Shown here piece by piece: positions 27,780 through 39,995 of a DNA stretch of 64,000 nt; positions within the stretch are counted from its first letter, which is position 1, and every line of letters starts with the position of its first letter. The stretch is from NCBI RefSeq assembly GCF_009914755.1, contig NC_060925.1, one strand, 5' to 3'. Position numbers and translations under genes: made by a program. Source of the stretch: the human T2T-CHM13v2.0 reference genome, Homo sapiens. Under the pieces are notes generated by a model. It had not been told where the DNA came from. It worked only from the letters and a program-made list of their open reading frames with translations, and did no database searches.

Positions 27780-29159
27780 TCATGGGTCAGAGTTAATCTG
27801 GAGGCAGGTCTTGGTGACAAGCCAAGCAGCTCTCTTCTGTAGCCTTATCTCTCTGTGAGCTTCCTCTCTGCATTCTGTTCTAGCCATGCTGGCCTCTTTT
27901 CAGCTTCTGGTACTTCCTGGGCTCCCTTATGTACCAGGTTTCTTTGCAGAAGGCCATTTCTTCTACTTGGAAATTCCTTCACTTCAGTCCCATCCTTAAC
28001 TAGCTGATCGTGTTCATTTCTCATCTCACACATCACTTTCTCCTCCTCAATAAGGTCAGAGCCCCCTGTCGTGGTGCTCAGGACCCTGTGTGCTTCTTTT
28101 GGCTACAACTTCTCTTATTTGTGGGTTATTTTCCTCTTTCACTAGATTATAATTCCCATGTCTGATTTTTCTCTCTAGTGTATTCCCAGAGCCTATGCAG
28201 CCCTTGACTTGGATGACCAAGTGAATGAATAATAAATCTGAAGTCCAAGTTAAGCAAATGCAAAGCCTGGAAGTGTGTGGGAGGCTGCCTGGGGTCCAAA
28301 GCTGACAGGAGCAAGCAAACAAGGTAAGGAAGTTCATGTTCAGGCAAAATGAGTTTGCAGTGACTTCCTTGGACCAAGGTCTCATGCAATAGTATTTCAT
28401 TTAGAAGCCCCAGGTTGGCCCAATCCTTCTTAAACTCACAATTATCTGATAGTTGAGAGGATTGATCAATATGTTGGAATACTGGATTAAGATTCAGAAA
28501 TAATGCAACATCAGTGATCATTTAAGTACTGAACATCTCTTATTAGTCCCATACTCTAACCTCTAGGGGGAGCTCAAGGATTCCCCCCTCCTCACAAAAT
28601 GCCCCAAATTGAAGTGGTAGAGTTCTTGGTGGGAAGGACAGGCAAATAGACATGGAGCTGGACTGAGCAAACAGTATTTTATTCATCCCCTGTTTTAGAT
28701 TTGCTTTTTTCCTTTCCTCTTCCTTCCCTGTTGAGTTTGCCATCATATAGGCTTATTCAAATAAGGGCATAAAAGTCCTACAAAAATGCTCTACTCTGAG
28801 TTGCCAGGGTGGGAGATGTCATAGGGATTTGGGGCTAATGCTAGAATTAGGAGTAAAGATTGAGCTTCTGCCTGGTACATTCTTTGTGCCTTTATTCCTT
28901 AAGCTGTCATCATGATGGGAGGCAAGAGGTAGAAGATAGTGCTACCACATGGATAAGCCAGGCAATGTGCTAGACTTGGGAATGCCATGATGAGCTAGAC
29001 ATAGTTCCTGCCCACAAACACCTTAACTCTCACCATTTAGTCAGCCAGATTTCTGTGTTTAAGCTAAATAATTACTGGCAAGATGCAAGATAGAAGAGTC
29101 CTGGTTAAATAATACAGTAGTAAAAAATAAACACAACGCAACAAAACAAAAAACCAAGG

Positions 29160-29645
29160 GGCTATAATTTACCATCAACTCAAAATGAAAACGTAGTGTG
29201 ATGTGGCCACCAAAAAAGTTTGTGTAATTTTAGCCTCCATTAATAGAAATATACTCTGTGGATCAAAGGAGTTAATAGTCCCATTGTAATTAGTGTTTGG
29301 TCAGTCCACATCTAGAGTATCGTGTTTCCTTCTGGACACCACATTTTAAGAGGAACATGGAGAAATTAGAGTGTGTCCAGAGAAGGCTGGCCATGATGGG
29401 AAGGGGCCTGGAAACTCCATCATCCAGGGATAATCGAAGGACTCAGGAATGCTTAGCCTGGGAAATAAAACACTTAGGTGGGGACATAATAGCTATTTTC
29501 AAAGATTTGTCACATAGAAAAGGGCATGGGCCAACTCCATGTATTGTTCCAGAAACAGCACTTTGGGTGAAAGGTGGAAATGTTGAGGAAAGATGTTTAG
29601 TTCAGCATGAGGAAAAACTCACTGTAGCATCCAGGCTGTCCAACA
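29160..29645 (+). mobile_element. L3/CR1 ORF2 C-terminal remnant
   Basis: ORF 29297-29671 reads LVSPHLEYRVSFWTPHFKRNMEKLECVQRR...GRGLE, matching the CR1 motif LVRPHLEYCVQFWSPxxKKDxxKLERVQRRATKMIRGLE. Confidence 0.85.
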
Positions 29646-32600
29646 GTGAGCCAGATGGTCTCCTCTCTTAGCACTTTGCTTTCTGGTCTCCTTTTCTACC
29701 TCTCCTTCTCAGAGTTGGAATTTATGATGCATAGGTTGCCTTTCCTTTCTCTAGTCCTTCTTGATTTCCTTAATGGAATGAAGCCATGGAGTTCACTTCT
29801 GTGTGAGAGAAAGGTAATGTTGTCAACTAACAATACTCTGGGCACTTTACAGATATGATATTAAACCCTGAGGCAAAAGGTCATCTCCATTTTACAGATA
29901 AAGAAACACAGCTTAGGTAACTTGCTCTGGGCCACATAGTTATTAATTAGGGGAGCTAGGATTTGAACCAAGGAATTCTGCTCTTGTACCTTAGTCTCCT
30001 AACCTCTCTGCCATACTTACCTCTCCCCCACCAAAATATAAATTCATAAAAATTCAAAAAACAACAAACAGGTGAATTTGTAGTTTGGGCCAATATGGCC
30101 TAATGGAGTAGATGGAATAGGATTTTTTTATTTTTATTTTTTTACCCTCAGCCAATAAGGGGCAGAAATAAATACATAGCTTGTGTGGGTGTGTTGAGGG
30201 CAGTAGTGCTCACTGTGTTTTCCTGAACCTGCCACTACTTGCCACCTGAACTCTGCAGTTAAAAGAAAATAGCACTGAGATTTACCCCGTGCTCCAGATG
30301 GTCTGCATATGTCAATGGGTTGAGCCTGTCTTCCTCAGTGGCACAGCCAGGATTCCAATTTAAATATCACCTTCTTTTTCTGACACTCTCCCCTCATTCC
30401 ACTGGAATCTGGATATTCCATTTTAATTGTGTTTTTATTGCTTTACATAAGACAAAGCTTTCATAATGAAGAAAAATATTGAAAAGCCTCTTTCTCTTAA
30501 AAACCTCTGTGACTCACCAAATACACACAAACCACAGTGAATAAAGCCATGATTAAAGTCTATGTAGAATAAATCTCTCAATGAATAGAGTTTTGCTTTT
30601 TGTTACCACGAGTCATCCAAGCCCTTTGATGTATGTTGGGCCCTCTTGCTCATAGACCTCAGTCCTATCATCACTTTCCCCAGCCATGAATCTTATCCTG
30701 TGTGATTGCTCAATGGGGAAGAAGTCTTGTCTGACAGGAGGCCGAGGGAAGGCTTCCTGGAACATGTGTAGAAAAATCAGGAAAATGACCCAAGTGAAAG
30801 GTAAGCACAGAAGAAGAAAATTAGCAGCAAACTGATAGCTTTCCCAGCTGGAATCCCTGCCTGTGCTGAATCCAGAGGCTGCTGGAAAAACTGAGCAAGA
30901 CTGATTTAGGGGGAGTTTCACCCAGATTTTGGTCTTCTGGCTCTTGCTCTGTGTAGAATCATGTTGTAAAATAAAAGTAAAAAACAAAAAACAAAAAACA
31001 AAAAAAAAAAACTTCAGTCTCTGAAACAACATATTTTCCAGAGATAAACTTATATTTACCACCTAAGGCTGCATATCTGTGGCACCAGATACCTAAATGT
31101 AAACCAGAGAGCTTCACTGGGTGATCTGAATATGCGATTTCCGGTATACACAGACAACATTTACTTTGATTTTATTGCTTAGAGCAACTATTAATTCAGA
31201 GAACTTGTTGGCCATCTGTTCTGATAAACTTTTGGTGGTTTGAATTCTTTGCAAAATTTTTTTCCAGCTAAGCTTCTCTTGTGACAATCATAAGCCTCAT
31301 TTTTATTGTGTTCATGATCTTTTGCTCAAAATAGTGATATTTTTATTTAATGGATAAAAGAGAGATTGTGATTACAGCAACAACTGTTATAGGCTGAGAA
31401 AGGAGCCAACTTAAGAAAGAAGGAATAGAACTGGTTGTTATTTTTAAAGGACATTCTTCAAATACGACAAACTGTAAATAAACTGTATATTGCCCTTTGA
31501 GAGTAAGAGCCTGAGGTGGAAACTCCACATATGGCCATCAGGAGGCCTGGTTTGGGGTTTTCAAATGCTTCAAATGACTCCTGACATGGTTTGACTACGG
31601 AATTCATCTACTTAAAGCTGAAAGAAGACAAACTCTGAAACTGATGGGAGCTACTTGTTTCACACATTGAACTGTGACATTTTTCATTTTTACAACCATT
31701 GCTGATTAAGTGTTATGTAAACTCTCCTGGGTGCAGTAAAAACAGCCCCTCTGGGAAGCTTTAGGACCGTCCAAGATGTCTGACACTGAGGAGGAGGACT
31801 CTCTCTTTTGCTATCAAGAAGAAGAAGAAACTGAGGATAAGAGTAGAGAGAATGCTTGCTCAGATTTATTTCAAGAGGGAAAACCTCCACCTCAGGCCTC
31901 CAGTGCTGTGCTTTGCTTGCCACCAAGTCTTTTTTCTACAAATAGCACCAAGGCTGGTGCTGTGTAGCAGGTGCCTTGCTCTTTCTGCCTCTTGTCAAAT
32001 ATACCTTCAAGGTCTGACACACACCCTCTCCTTCCTACCCATGTCTCCACCTCCAGCTTCCTTCTGGGATAGGTTCCTACCTTCTTGAGACTTGGTTGTC
32101 ATCCGCACCACATTTTCCCCAGTATGATGTTAGTCAGACGGGCCTCTTTCTGACTTCTCCTTACCAAAGGCAGAGGGTGGAATCCCACTAGTGGAGCTCA
32201 AGCCAGGAGCGCTCTGTCCAAGGCCAGTTGGCCTGAGAACCAAAGAAATGAGCCTTGTCAGAGTTCCTAAGCAAGAACAGGTCGAGACTATTGGGGAGCC
32301 ACGTGTGGTGTAGGACCTCGCTGTTCAAAGCGCAGTCCCTGGAGCAGCACTATGTACGTCATCTAGGGGTTTGTTAGACATGCAGGATCTTAGTCCCCCA
32401 TCCATCACCTACTGAATCAGACCTGATTCACGTGAACCTGAAAGTTTGAGAAACACTTCCATAGAGATCCCAGGGCAGGATTACGGTTAGGGGTGCAGGG
32501 CCAGCTGAGAGTTTGGAATTTGGTAGGTTTGAGACAGGAGTGGGAGCAGGTCATCGATAAGCAGGTGGAGGCCAAGGTGTGTGTGGGGGTGGGCCGGGTG

Positions 32601-35600
32601 ATTGCTGCCTACACCAGAGGGTGTTGGGGCTGCCTCTATGTGCTGTGGGTATGTGGTCTATGGGTATATCCAGACTGAAAGTTGAAAGTAACACCCAATC
32701 CTCTATTCAGTCTCCATCTGGGATGTAAGAGCCTGGAGGACAGGGGCCCCATCTTACTCCTGTGTCTACTCTGGGCCTAGCATGGCACCTTACCCATCAC
32801 AGATGTGCTGTCAGTGTCTGCTGAACTGAATAAGGTCCCCTTGGCCTAACCTGTCAATCACACAGGTTGGGGTGATTGTAGTGGAGTCACCATTGATTCT
32901 GTACTTTCCTCAGGAGTCTCCTGGTGACATAATGACATTTTGATATTTTCTTCAGGAAAAAAGCACCCTGCTGGATTAGATAGGGTCCAGCATCACAACC
33001 CTTGAGAGACCAAGCAATGCCCCAAAAGACCCAGGCCTCTGCCTGGGTGTCAACTCGTCAATGTGCCATTTCTGCAAAAAGGAAAATGGACCTGCTGTTT
33101 CTTGCTGTTATTGTCTGAAAAGTCAGTGCCCAGATGCCAAGCCCAGAGCCTTGCTGTGCACTCGGGAAACCGTTATTGCCAGCCTCTGCAGACCCTCAGG
33201 AATGAGCTCTGCTTGCAACAGCCTTCTCCTGGCAAGAGTTAACACTAAGGTGCAGCTGAAGGAATGTGAAGACTGGAGAGCCAGTTTGGGGGATTGCTAT
33301 TGCAATCAGAAGACAGCCCAAGTCAGAGTTCCAAAGCCCTTTGAAGGGATGCCAGCTCAGACACATGTTTCCAATTATCATATGCAATCTCGAGACAGTG
33401 TGCAAGTTGCACTTTCATTATGTCAAAGTGAAAGGAATGGTGGGGGCGAGATAAAGGGGAGAGGCCGCTAAGCTGGAGGCTGCACTTAGCTGTGGCACCA
33501 AACGTTAGCCAAGGCGCCGGGCTGGCCTCTCCAACCCAAGTCTCCCCCTGGAGCCAGGGGTGCATGGTACGTACTCTGAGAGCCTTTTTTTTCTTCTTGT
33601 TTTGGGGATCGAGGAAACCCAGCTGATATGGCTGGAGGAGGCCCCATCTTCAGGAAGATATTTGACCAGCTCTTTGGTGTTTGGTCTTAACAGAGACAAG
33701 ATTTTGTGAAAACCATATGGGGACTTTAACTGTGTCTTCCTACAGGATTTCACAGGGTTATTCTCTGAATTCTTCTAAGGTCTGTAATTGCAGGAGAAAC
33801 TAACTCCTCTGCCAGTTGTAGCTCAGAATGAAGTGAGAGAACAGACAGAGACTCTCAATTCTATTAGCGGTCTCTCTCCCATTGGGGCTGGGCAGCCTCT
33901 TGGTTGGATTTTACCTTGTTCATAATTCTGAAGTAAGTCTCAGCACAGGACAATAATTTCACTCAACTTATTTTCCGCACGTAGTTCAAAATCGTTTCCT
34001 CCAGGAAGTCTTTCCTGGCTTACTCTTTCCATTGGATTACTTCTTACTACTGTAGCCATTGTTTAGAATGTTTATTGGATGGATTTGTATGTTGCACTGT
34101 GCTTTTAAGTCAGTGGGTGGGTGCATGTGAGTGTAGAATGTGCACTTCTTGGCTGCTTCTTAGCTTCCAGGGGTTATTCACACATATACACACACACATA
34201 AGCACACACACTATCCTTGTGTGTGTATGTTTGTATATTGTGTCTATTTCTGTGCATATATGTATATGTAGCTGTGTGTACTGTATATTTACATATGTTT
34301 CATATACAATGATTTATTATGTACCAAACATTGGACCAAATGCCTTACAATACAATGAAGTAGGTTCTCTTATTTTCACCTACATTTTACATGTAAGAAA
34401 ACTGCAGTGCAGAGAGAGAAGTAATTTGTCCAGTGTCACTCAGCCAAGCTATGGGTGAGGCCAGGCTTTATCCCTGATGGTCTGATCTTGCTCTTGATAC
34501 CAGCCTCTGAAAATTACCCAGATGTGTCACATGCCTCAGGGAGGACCCTGTTTTCAACTGAGACCATTAACGCATTTATGGCTAACACAAGGTAGGTGCG
34601 GGGATAGGAGGAGATAGGCTGTGGATGGTGGGGATGGAGAAAAAGATGGAAACTAAGTTCTGTCTTCCCTTCCTTAGGACATTGATTGCCTGCCACATGC
34701 AAGATTGGGTCCAGGTGCTGAAGAAACACAGATGTCCTGCATCCTTGACTTTAAGGAGCATCCCTGGGTTGGAGGGATTCTCTGCAGGCTGCTGTGGTGG
34801 AGGGAAGATTTGCCCAACTTACTCTTGGCGCTGGACCCCCTGAGCCATCTTCACACACCCAGGTGAACTTTGGGAAGGTAACAGCTTTTCAGTTGCAAAC
34901 CCAAGTGAATTAGAGCAAAACAGATCCCACGTGCTTGACACGTGGAAACTTTCAGAGCCAATGGTTTATAAACTTACCAAGAGCTGGGGGAGTAAACACA
35001 TCCCAGGGAACTGTGGAGCACTTCTCTGGCATTGATACACATAAGCAGAAAGCACAGCTTTCCCCGACACTTGCCTTAAGATAGTCTTTTGTCTTAGAAC
35101 CCAGAGGCTTACCTGAGCTAAACCACATAAAGTGCTTAGTGCGATGCCTTGAACATACCAAGCTCTTAATAAACGCTAAGGTCACTATTAGCATTGCTTG
35201 TTATGGAATAAACCTAGGATACATCTATAAAACTGTCCATAATCTTCCTTGCCTTGTGGAAAGTTGTTCCACTATTCCAACATCCTTTTAGGGGTTCTCA
35301 GCTAATCTACTTTTCAAAACGAAAATTTATTATACACTTCTTAAGTGCTAGGTAGTTTTGTATATTTATGTGTATTATCTCATTAAATGATCTCTCAGCC
35401 CTCTGAGAAAAGCACTATTATCATCCATATTTCACAGATGAAGAAATCGTCAGAGTTTCCATATATCATTGTCAGAGATGTTAAGCAACTTGCTTAAGGT
35501 TACACAGCCTTAGCAGAAGTACTTGTTTGACTCCAAAGCCTACCATTATGCTGGAATCACTAGAATCCAGGTGGCCTATCTGAACCCGGATTCAGGCATC

Positions 35601-35659
35601 TGAAGCTGAATAGCTGCCATTCTTGCTTTTAACCTCCTGGTAAAAGCAGGCTATGCCTG

Positions 35660-35660
<1 letters not shown>

Positions 35661-35710
<50 letters not shown>

Positions 35711-35745
35711 AATCATCTATCTATCTGTCTATCTATCTATCTATC
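35661..35745. repeat. (TCTA)n tetranucleotide STR: 12 perfect units, then interrupted units
   Basis: Read directly from the sequence. Confidence 0.95.
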
Positions 35746-36139
35746 ATGGCCTGGCTATGCCACATCTATATTCCATGATGTCCACTGACCAGAGGGTTTC
35801 CCTTATCCAATCCATACATGTGCCAATAAACAAACATTTAGTGAGCACCAACATAGTTGCTTCTCTCCTATAATCAACACAGGAATGGTTAAGTTTGGAA
35901 TAAATTACTTTTCCTAACACTTGCATAGGACTGGACTGTTTGCTTTCAAATACTTGGTTTTGCTTCATGCTCACAACTCTGGGATATAGGAATGATTATT
36001 TTCATTTCACAGCTGCAAGAACCAAGCTCAAAGAGGAACTGCTGCTTGCCAAAGTTTCACAGATAGAAATGGGGAAGCTGGGGCCAGAACCCAGCTCTGC
36101 TGACACCAAGCCCAGAGTTTGTACCATGACACTGGGCTG

Positions 36140-37270
36140 CTCCCTCGGAGCTGGGTTTGGCTGATGACCTCAACTCTGAGCACCCGTTGCCTCCCACTGT
36201 TCCGTTCAGGCCTGTGCGAGAAAGACTCCCAGGCCCCTGGGTTCTCCATAGCCCACACTTCCACTCGGCTCCGCTTCTCTTGCCCAGCTGTCTCTCCTCC
36301 AAGGAGCGGACAGGGCGGACACGAGACCCGGGTGCCCTTTTGTCCTCTATTCCAGCTCTGGGCGGATCCTCCTCCCATGATGTGGATGATGCTGAGGAGA
36401 AAGTGGTAAGGCTTTTAGGAGGAACACTCCTGATTCACGGAAATGAAAATAGCTGCTGGGTTGTTGCTGAAACTCTGTCCCCATGGTGGGCTTTCTATTA
36501 GCAGGGAAGGGGTCAGGCTGGCGCTCTGGTTGGTGGAGGGCGTCAGAGGGACAACTGAGTGTACCCCAGAGTCAGGCACCCTGCGGTCTCCCAGGCCGGG
36601 GCCTGAGCCTTGCTAGGAGGGCGGACAGCCAGGGCCGGCGCTAGTTTTCTTGGGCATGGTGGAGGACGCCTTCCACCAAACGAAGTTGCCGAGAGGAGAC
36701 AGATCTGCTCTCACCTTTTGGGCTTTTGGGGAACCCAGGCAGAAAAATCTCAGTGAGGCACAGGAAGGAAAATTTTGCAAAATGTGCTGCTGCCGCTCCT
36801 CAGCAGAGTATAGTGGGCGGTTTGAAGCTGTTTTCTTGGTGTTCAAGTGGCTGGGGCCCTGGCGACCCCGGTCAGCCTTTCTGGGGCAGCCCGGGTGGGT
36901 CTGAAAGCCAGGGCTCCCCTCCGTGTGTGGGAGCAGAGCCCAAGCTGCGGAAACCACCGGGCGCGGGGTTGTTTTTGGAAGGCTCCGACGCCGATCAGCC
37001 AAACTGATATCCCTTATATTGTGTGAAAACATTGGCTCCCACGCTGGGACTCCAGTGTTTCCGCCTAGAGCAGATTTTGCCTTTGGGAAGGTGGTGGTGT
37101 TCCTGGGATGAGGGGCCCTCCTCTTACCGGACACGCAGGAGAGCAGCCCACATGGAAGTGAGGGCCTCAGCCTTCGTGCTCCCTCAGACGGTCCTCCCTC
37201 TCGGCTGCCCAGGGGAGCCAAAGACATTTTTTAGATGTCCCAGTGTCTTGCAGTGCCGCGGGCAGCACTC
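36140..37270. promoter_or_regulatory. GC/CpG-enriched block downstream of NGF (candidate promoter/enhancer)
   Basis: CpG density is clearly above the flanks; several GGGCGG boxes (about 36313, 36619, 36815); no recognisable repeat. Confidence 0.55.
36200..36405 (+). ncRNA. NGF-AS1: Candidate first exon of antisense lncRNA NGF-AS1 (start approximate)
   Basis: Plus-strand donor AAGTG|GTAAGG at 36405/36406 inside the CpG block. Recalled annotation places a plus-strand lncRNA starting a few kb past the NGF 3' end; exon limits not verified. Confidence 0.35.
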
Positions 37271-39081
37271 CAGGACCCTCTTTGTTGGTGTAGCTGCTCA
37301 CAAGCCAACCTTCCTGATGGGGAGCTTCCTGAAGGCCTCCCTCTCCACTCCTCTCCCCACATCCCAGGCCCAAAGTCCAGTCCTAAGAGAAAAAAAGCCA
37401 CCCAGAAACTTTGTAGGGGCACCTAGGACGGCTGAGACCACTGGCATTGGACCCCAGTAAAAGTCACAGACACAGATCACTGGGAGGGCTCCTCCCTGAG
37501 GCCTTTATCTCACTTAGAATCTCAGCACAGAATGTTCTAGCTGGTGTTTCTTGAGCATAAACCTTTATTCCAATTGCAGTGGCTCTGATAGAAAAAACAG
37601 GGCACATTTCATCATACTTCTACCCTAATCAAATGGCTCTCATGCCAAAGCTCCCTACGTTTCTAATTTGCCCTATTTGGATGGCGTTGGAGGTGGGGCC
37701 GGACAGCGAGAATTACAGAGGGAATGAATAAGACCATTTGCTCTTTTCTCGGATGGACAATTTGGGCCTGTTCTCTTGAAAACCAGTGTAGGCATTTCAT
37801 CCTCGGGGGGAGACAGGATGGATAGGAGGGGAAATTTTCTGTCTTAATATAAGTGCTCTGTCTGGGGGAATATTGTGGCTTCAAGGAAAATACAAAATGA
37901 AAGTTGCAGGGGAAGGGGGTCGTGTGAGGCTGGGTGGAGCCCTGCTGCAGGCTGAACCCTGGAGTCCCTCTGTCACCTTCACTCCTAAGATGCTCTGGAT
38001 GGAGTCAGTGTTTATTAGCACATCCAAAAAGCCCCACAAGAACCACCCAGGTTGCTAACTTTCCTGGAGGCTGGAGAGTGCTGGTAAAGATGAGAGATCA
38101 CACCTCCCTCCTCCTCCTGCTCTGTCCTCCCCTCCCCTTCTTCACATCCACCTCTGGCCTTCTCTTTGTCATCCTTGTTTCATTTCCCCTGTTTGGGAGA
38201 AGCAGAAAGCCGTGGTTTCCTGCCGGCCCACCTGTCCTCCACATCTCCAGGTTTATTTGGTTCTTACTCCATTTACTTAGTCTTTCTGCCCCACCCTCTT
38301 CTCTGCAGGTCCCACGGCCCCAGTCACCTTTGGTCACTTATGGAAATCATCCAATTAAGAATAAAAATATTTTCAGAAGTTCTCTCCCGTCTCTGGCTTC
38401 CCTGGCTGTGGGCTGATGGTGGGGCCCCTGGAAGTTGCTACTGTGGCTGTTAGTGGGTTGCAAGAGTGTCGGAGGCACTAATGTTTTCTTGGGGTAATGA
38501 AGTCTTTCTGCAGGAGGCTGCTGAGGGATAAAACGAGTACTAAGGCCAGCTGAACATGAAACCAGATCTACTTTGACAGGCCTCGTGAGATTACTCTGTT
38601 ACAACTCTTCCAGACAGCACATCTCCCTCTACAAATGAGCAGCTCACAGATCTTTGGTACAAGCCTCTTCCTGTCTATCGAGTGCCCCCAGGACTGAGAC
38701 TGTGCCTCTGAGGCCAGGGCAGCCCCATGCCCAGTGGTGATCTGCCTCCTGATGAGGCTCCACTAACTTCTCCAAGGGAGGAGACCAGGGCCCATGCTTC
38801 CAGGCCGTGGGCAGGTAATCCAATGATTAGGTAGCTTTGGCTCTGGAATGTAGAACAAAGTTGCAATCCAGCAGGCTTCCTTTGCTAATCATGCCTGGCT
38901 TAGGCTAATATCTGAAACCAGTTAGCCTTTCCTGAAGTTGCAGCACTGGCTGGGGGTGGGGTAAGGGTTACAGGTGGGCCTTAGAAGGAGCCAGGGGGTG
39001 CTTCAGACAATTCCCCCTGCATCTTCCTCAGACTTGCAGATGATTTTACTCAAAAAAAATAACCAGCATCAGCACACAGGA

Positions 39082-39234
39082 TGCTTCCAAAAATTTAATA
39101 AATAATGATTCTTTAAAACTGTATAAACTATAAATTACCATGCAGTCCTTATAATTTAAAATAATTTACAGGTTGAGGTAGGGAGGGGCCCAGGAGAGTG
39201 TAGAAGGGGCAGGGGGAGGGAGCGTGTCGGCAGG
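39082..39234 (-). other. NGF: NGF 3' UTR (about 150 nt; C-rich, then AU-rich)
   Basis: Follows the TGA stop; contains two ATTTA pentamers and the polyA signal; 3' end approximate. Confidence 0.85.
39094..39099 (-). terminator. NGF: Polyadenylation signal ATTAAA
   Basis: Minus strand ...TTATTTATTAAATTTTTGGAAGCAT followed by a GU/U-rich element CCTGTGTGCTGATGCTGGTTATTTTTTTT. Confidence 0.8.
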
Positions 39235-39960
39235 TCAGGCTCTTCTCACAGCCTTCCTGCTGAGCACACACACACAGGCCGTATCTATCCGGATAAACCG
39301 CCAGGCAGCCTGCTTGCCATCCATGGTCAGCGCCTTGACAAAGGTGTGAGTCGTGGTACAATATGAGTTCCAGTGCTTTGAGTCAATGCCCCGGCACCCG
39401 CTGTCAACGGGATTTGGGTCCCGGCACTTGGTCTCAAAAAAGTACTGTTTGAATACACTGTTGTTAATGTTCACCTCTCCCAACACCATCACCTCCTTGC
39501 CCTTGATGTCTGTGGCGGTGGTCTTATCCCCAACCCACACGCTGACACTGTCACACACCGAGAATTCGCCCCTGTGGAAGATGGGATGGGATGATGACCG
39601 CTTGCTCCTGTGAGTCCTGTTGAAGGGGGCAGCACCACCGACCTCGAAGTCCAGATCCTGAGTGTCTGCAGCTTCACGGGGAGGCTGGGTGCTAAACAGC
39701 ACACGGGGTGAACGGAGTCGCCGCTTTTTAAACAGCCTGGGGTCCACAGTAATGTTGCGGGTCTGCCCCGCCACGCGTGCAGCTATCGCCGCTGCCGGGG
39801 CGCTGCGGGCTCTGCGAAGGGCAGTGTCAAGGGAATGCTGAAGTTTAGTCCAGTGGGCTTGGGGGATGGTGTGTCCTGCAGGGACATTGCTCTCTGAGTG
39901 TGGTTCCGCCTGTATGCCGATCAGAAAAGCTGTGATCAGAGTGTAGAACAACATGGACAT
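39235..39960 (-). CDS. NGF: Beta-nerve growth factor precursor (prepro-NGF, 241 aa), single coding exon
   Basis: [18 protein letters not shown] signal peptide, pro-domain, furin site RSKR, mature [17 protein letters not shown]... starting at 39597 with the six cystine-knot cysteines. The true ATG is at 39960; the track's start at 39972 is a GTG at the exon boundary. Confidence 0.99.
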   Translation of the reverse strand: MSMLFYTLITAFLIGIQAEPHSESNVPAGHTIPQAHWTKLQHSLDTALRRARSAPAAAIAARVAGQTRNITVDPRLFKKRRLRSPRVLFSTQPPREAADTQDLDFEVGGAAPFNRTHRSKRSSSHPIFHRGEFSVCDSVSVWVGDKTTATDIKGKEVMVLGEVNINNSVFKQYFFETKCRDPNPVDSGCRGIDSKHWNSYCTTTHTFVKALTMDGKQAAWRFIRIDTACVCVLSRKAVRRA

Positions 39961-39972
39961 TACGCTATGCAC

Positions 39973-39995
39973 CTGGAATGAAAAAGAAATGAGGG
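39973..39995 (-). other. NGF: Splice acceptor of NGF terminal exon
   Basis: Minus strand CCCTCATTTCTTTTTCATTCCAG|GTGCATAGCGTAATG; the exon begins at 39972. Confidence 0.95.

Noticed and set aside
36613-37227. 204-aa minus-strand ORF and other ORFs at 36.0-37.5 kb
   Set aside because: Expected stop-codon depletion in GC-rich DNA; P/R/G/S-biased with no domain.
39149-39704. Overlapping ORFs 39149-39361, 39353-39613 and 39489-39704
   Set aside because: Alternative-frame or antisense shadows of the GC-rich NGF CDS, with no recognisable protein features.
39961-39972. ORF track start giving a 245-aa NGF (MHSV...)
   Set aside because: The first codon is GTG at the exon boundary; the canonical start is the ATG at 39960.
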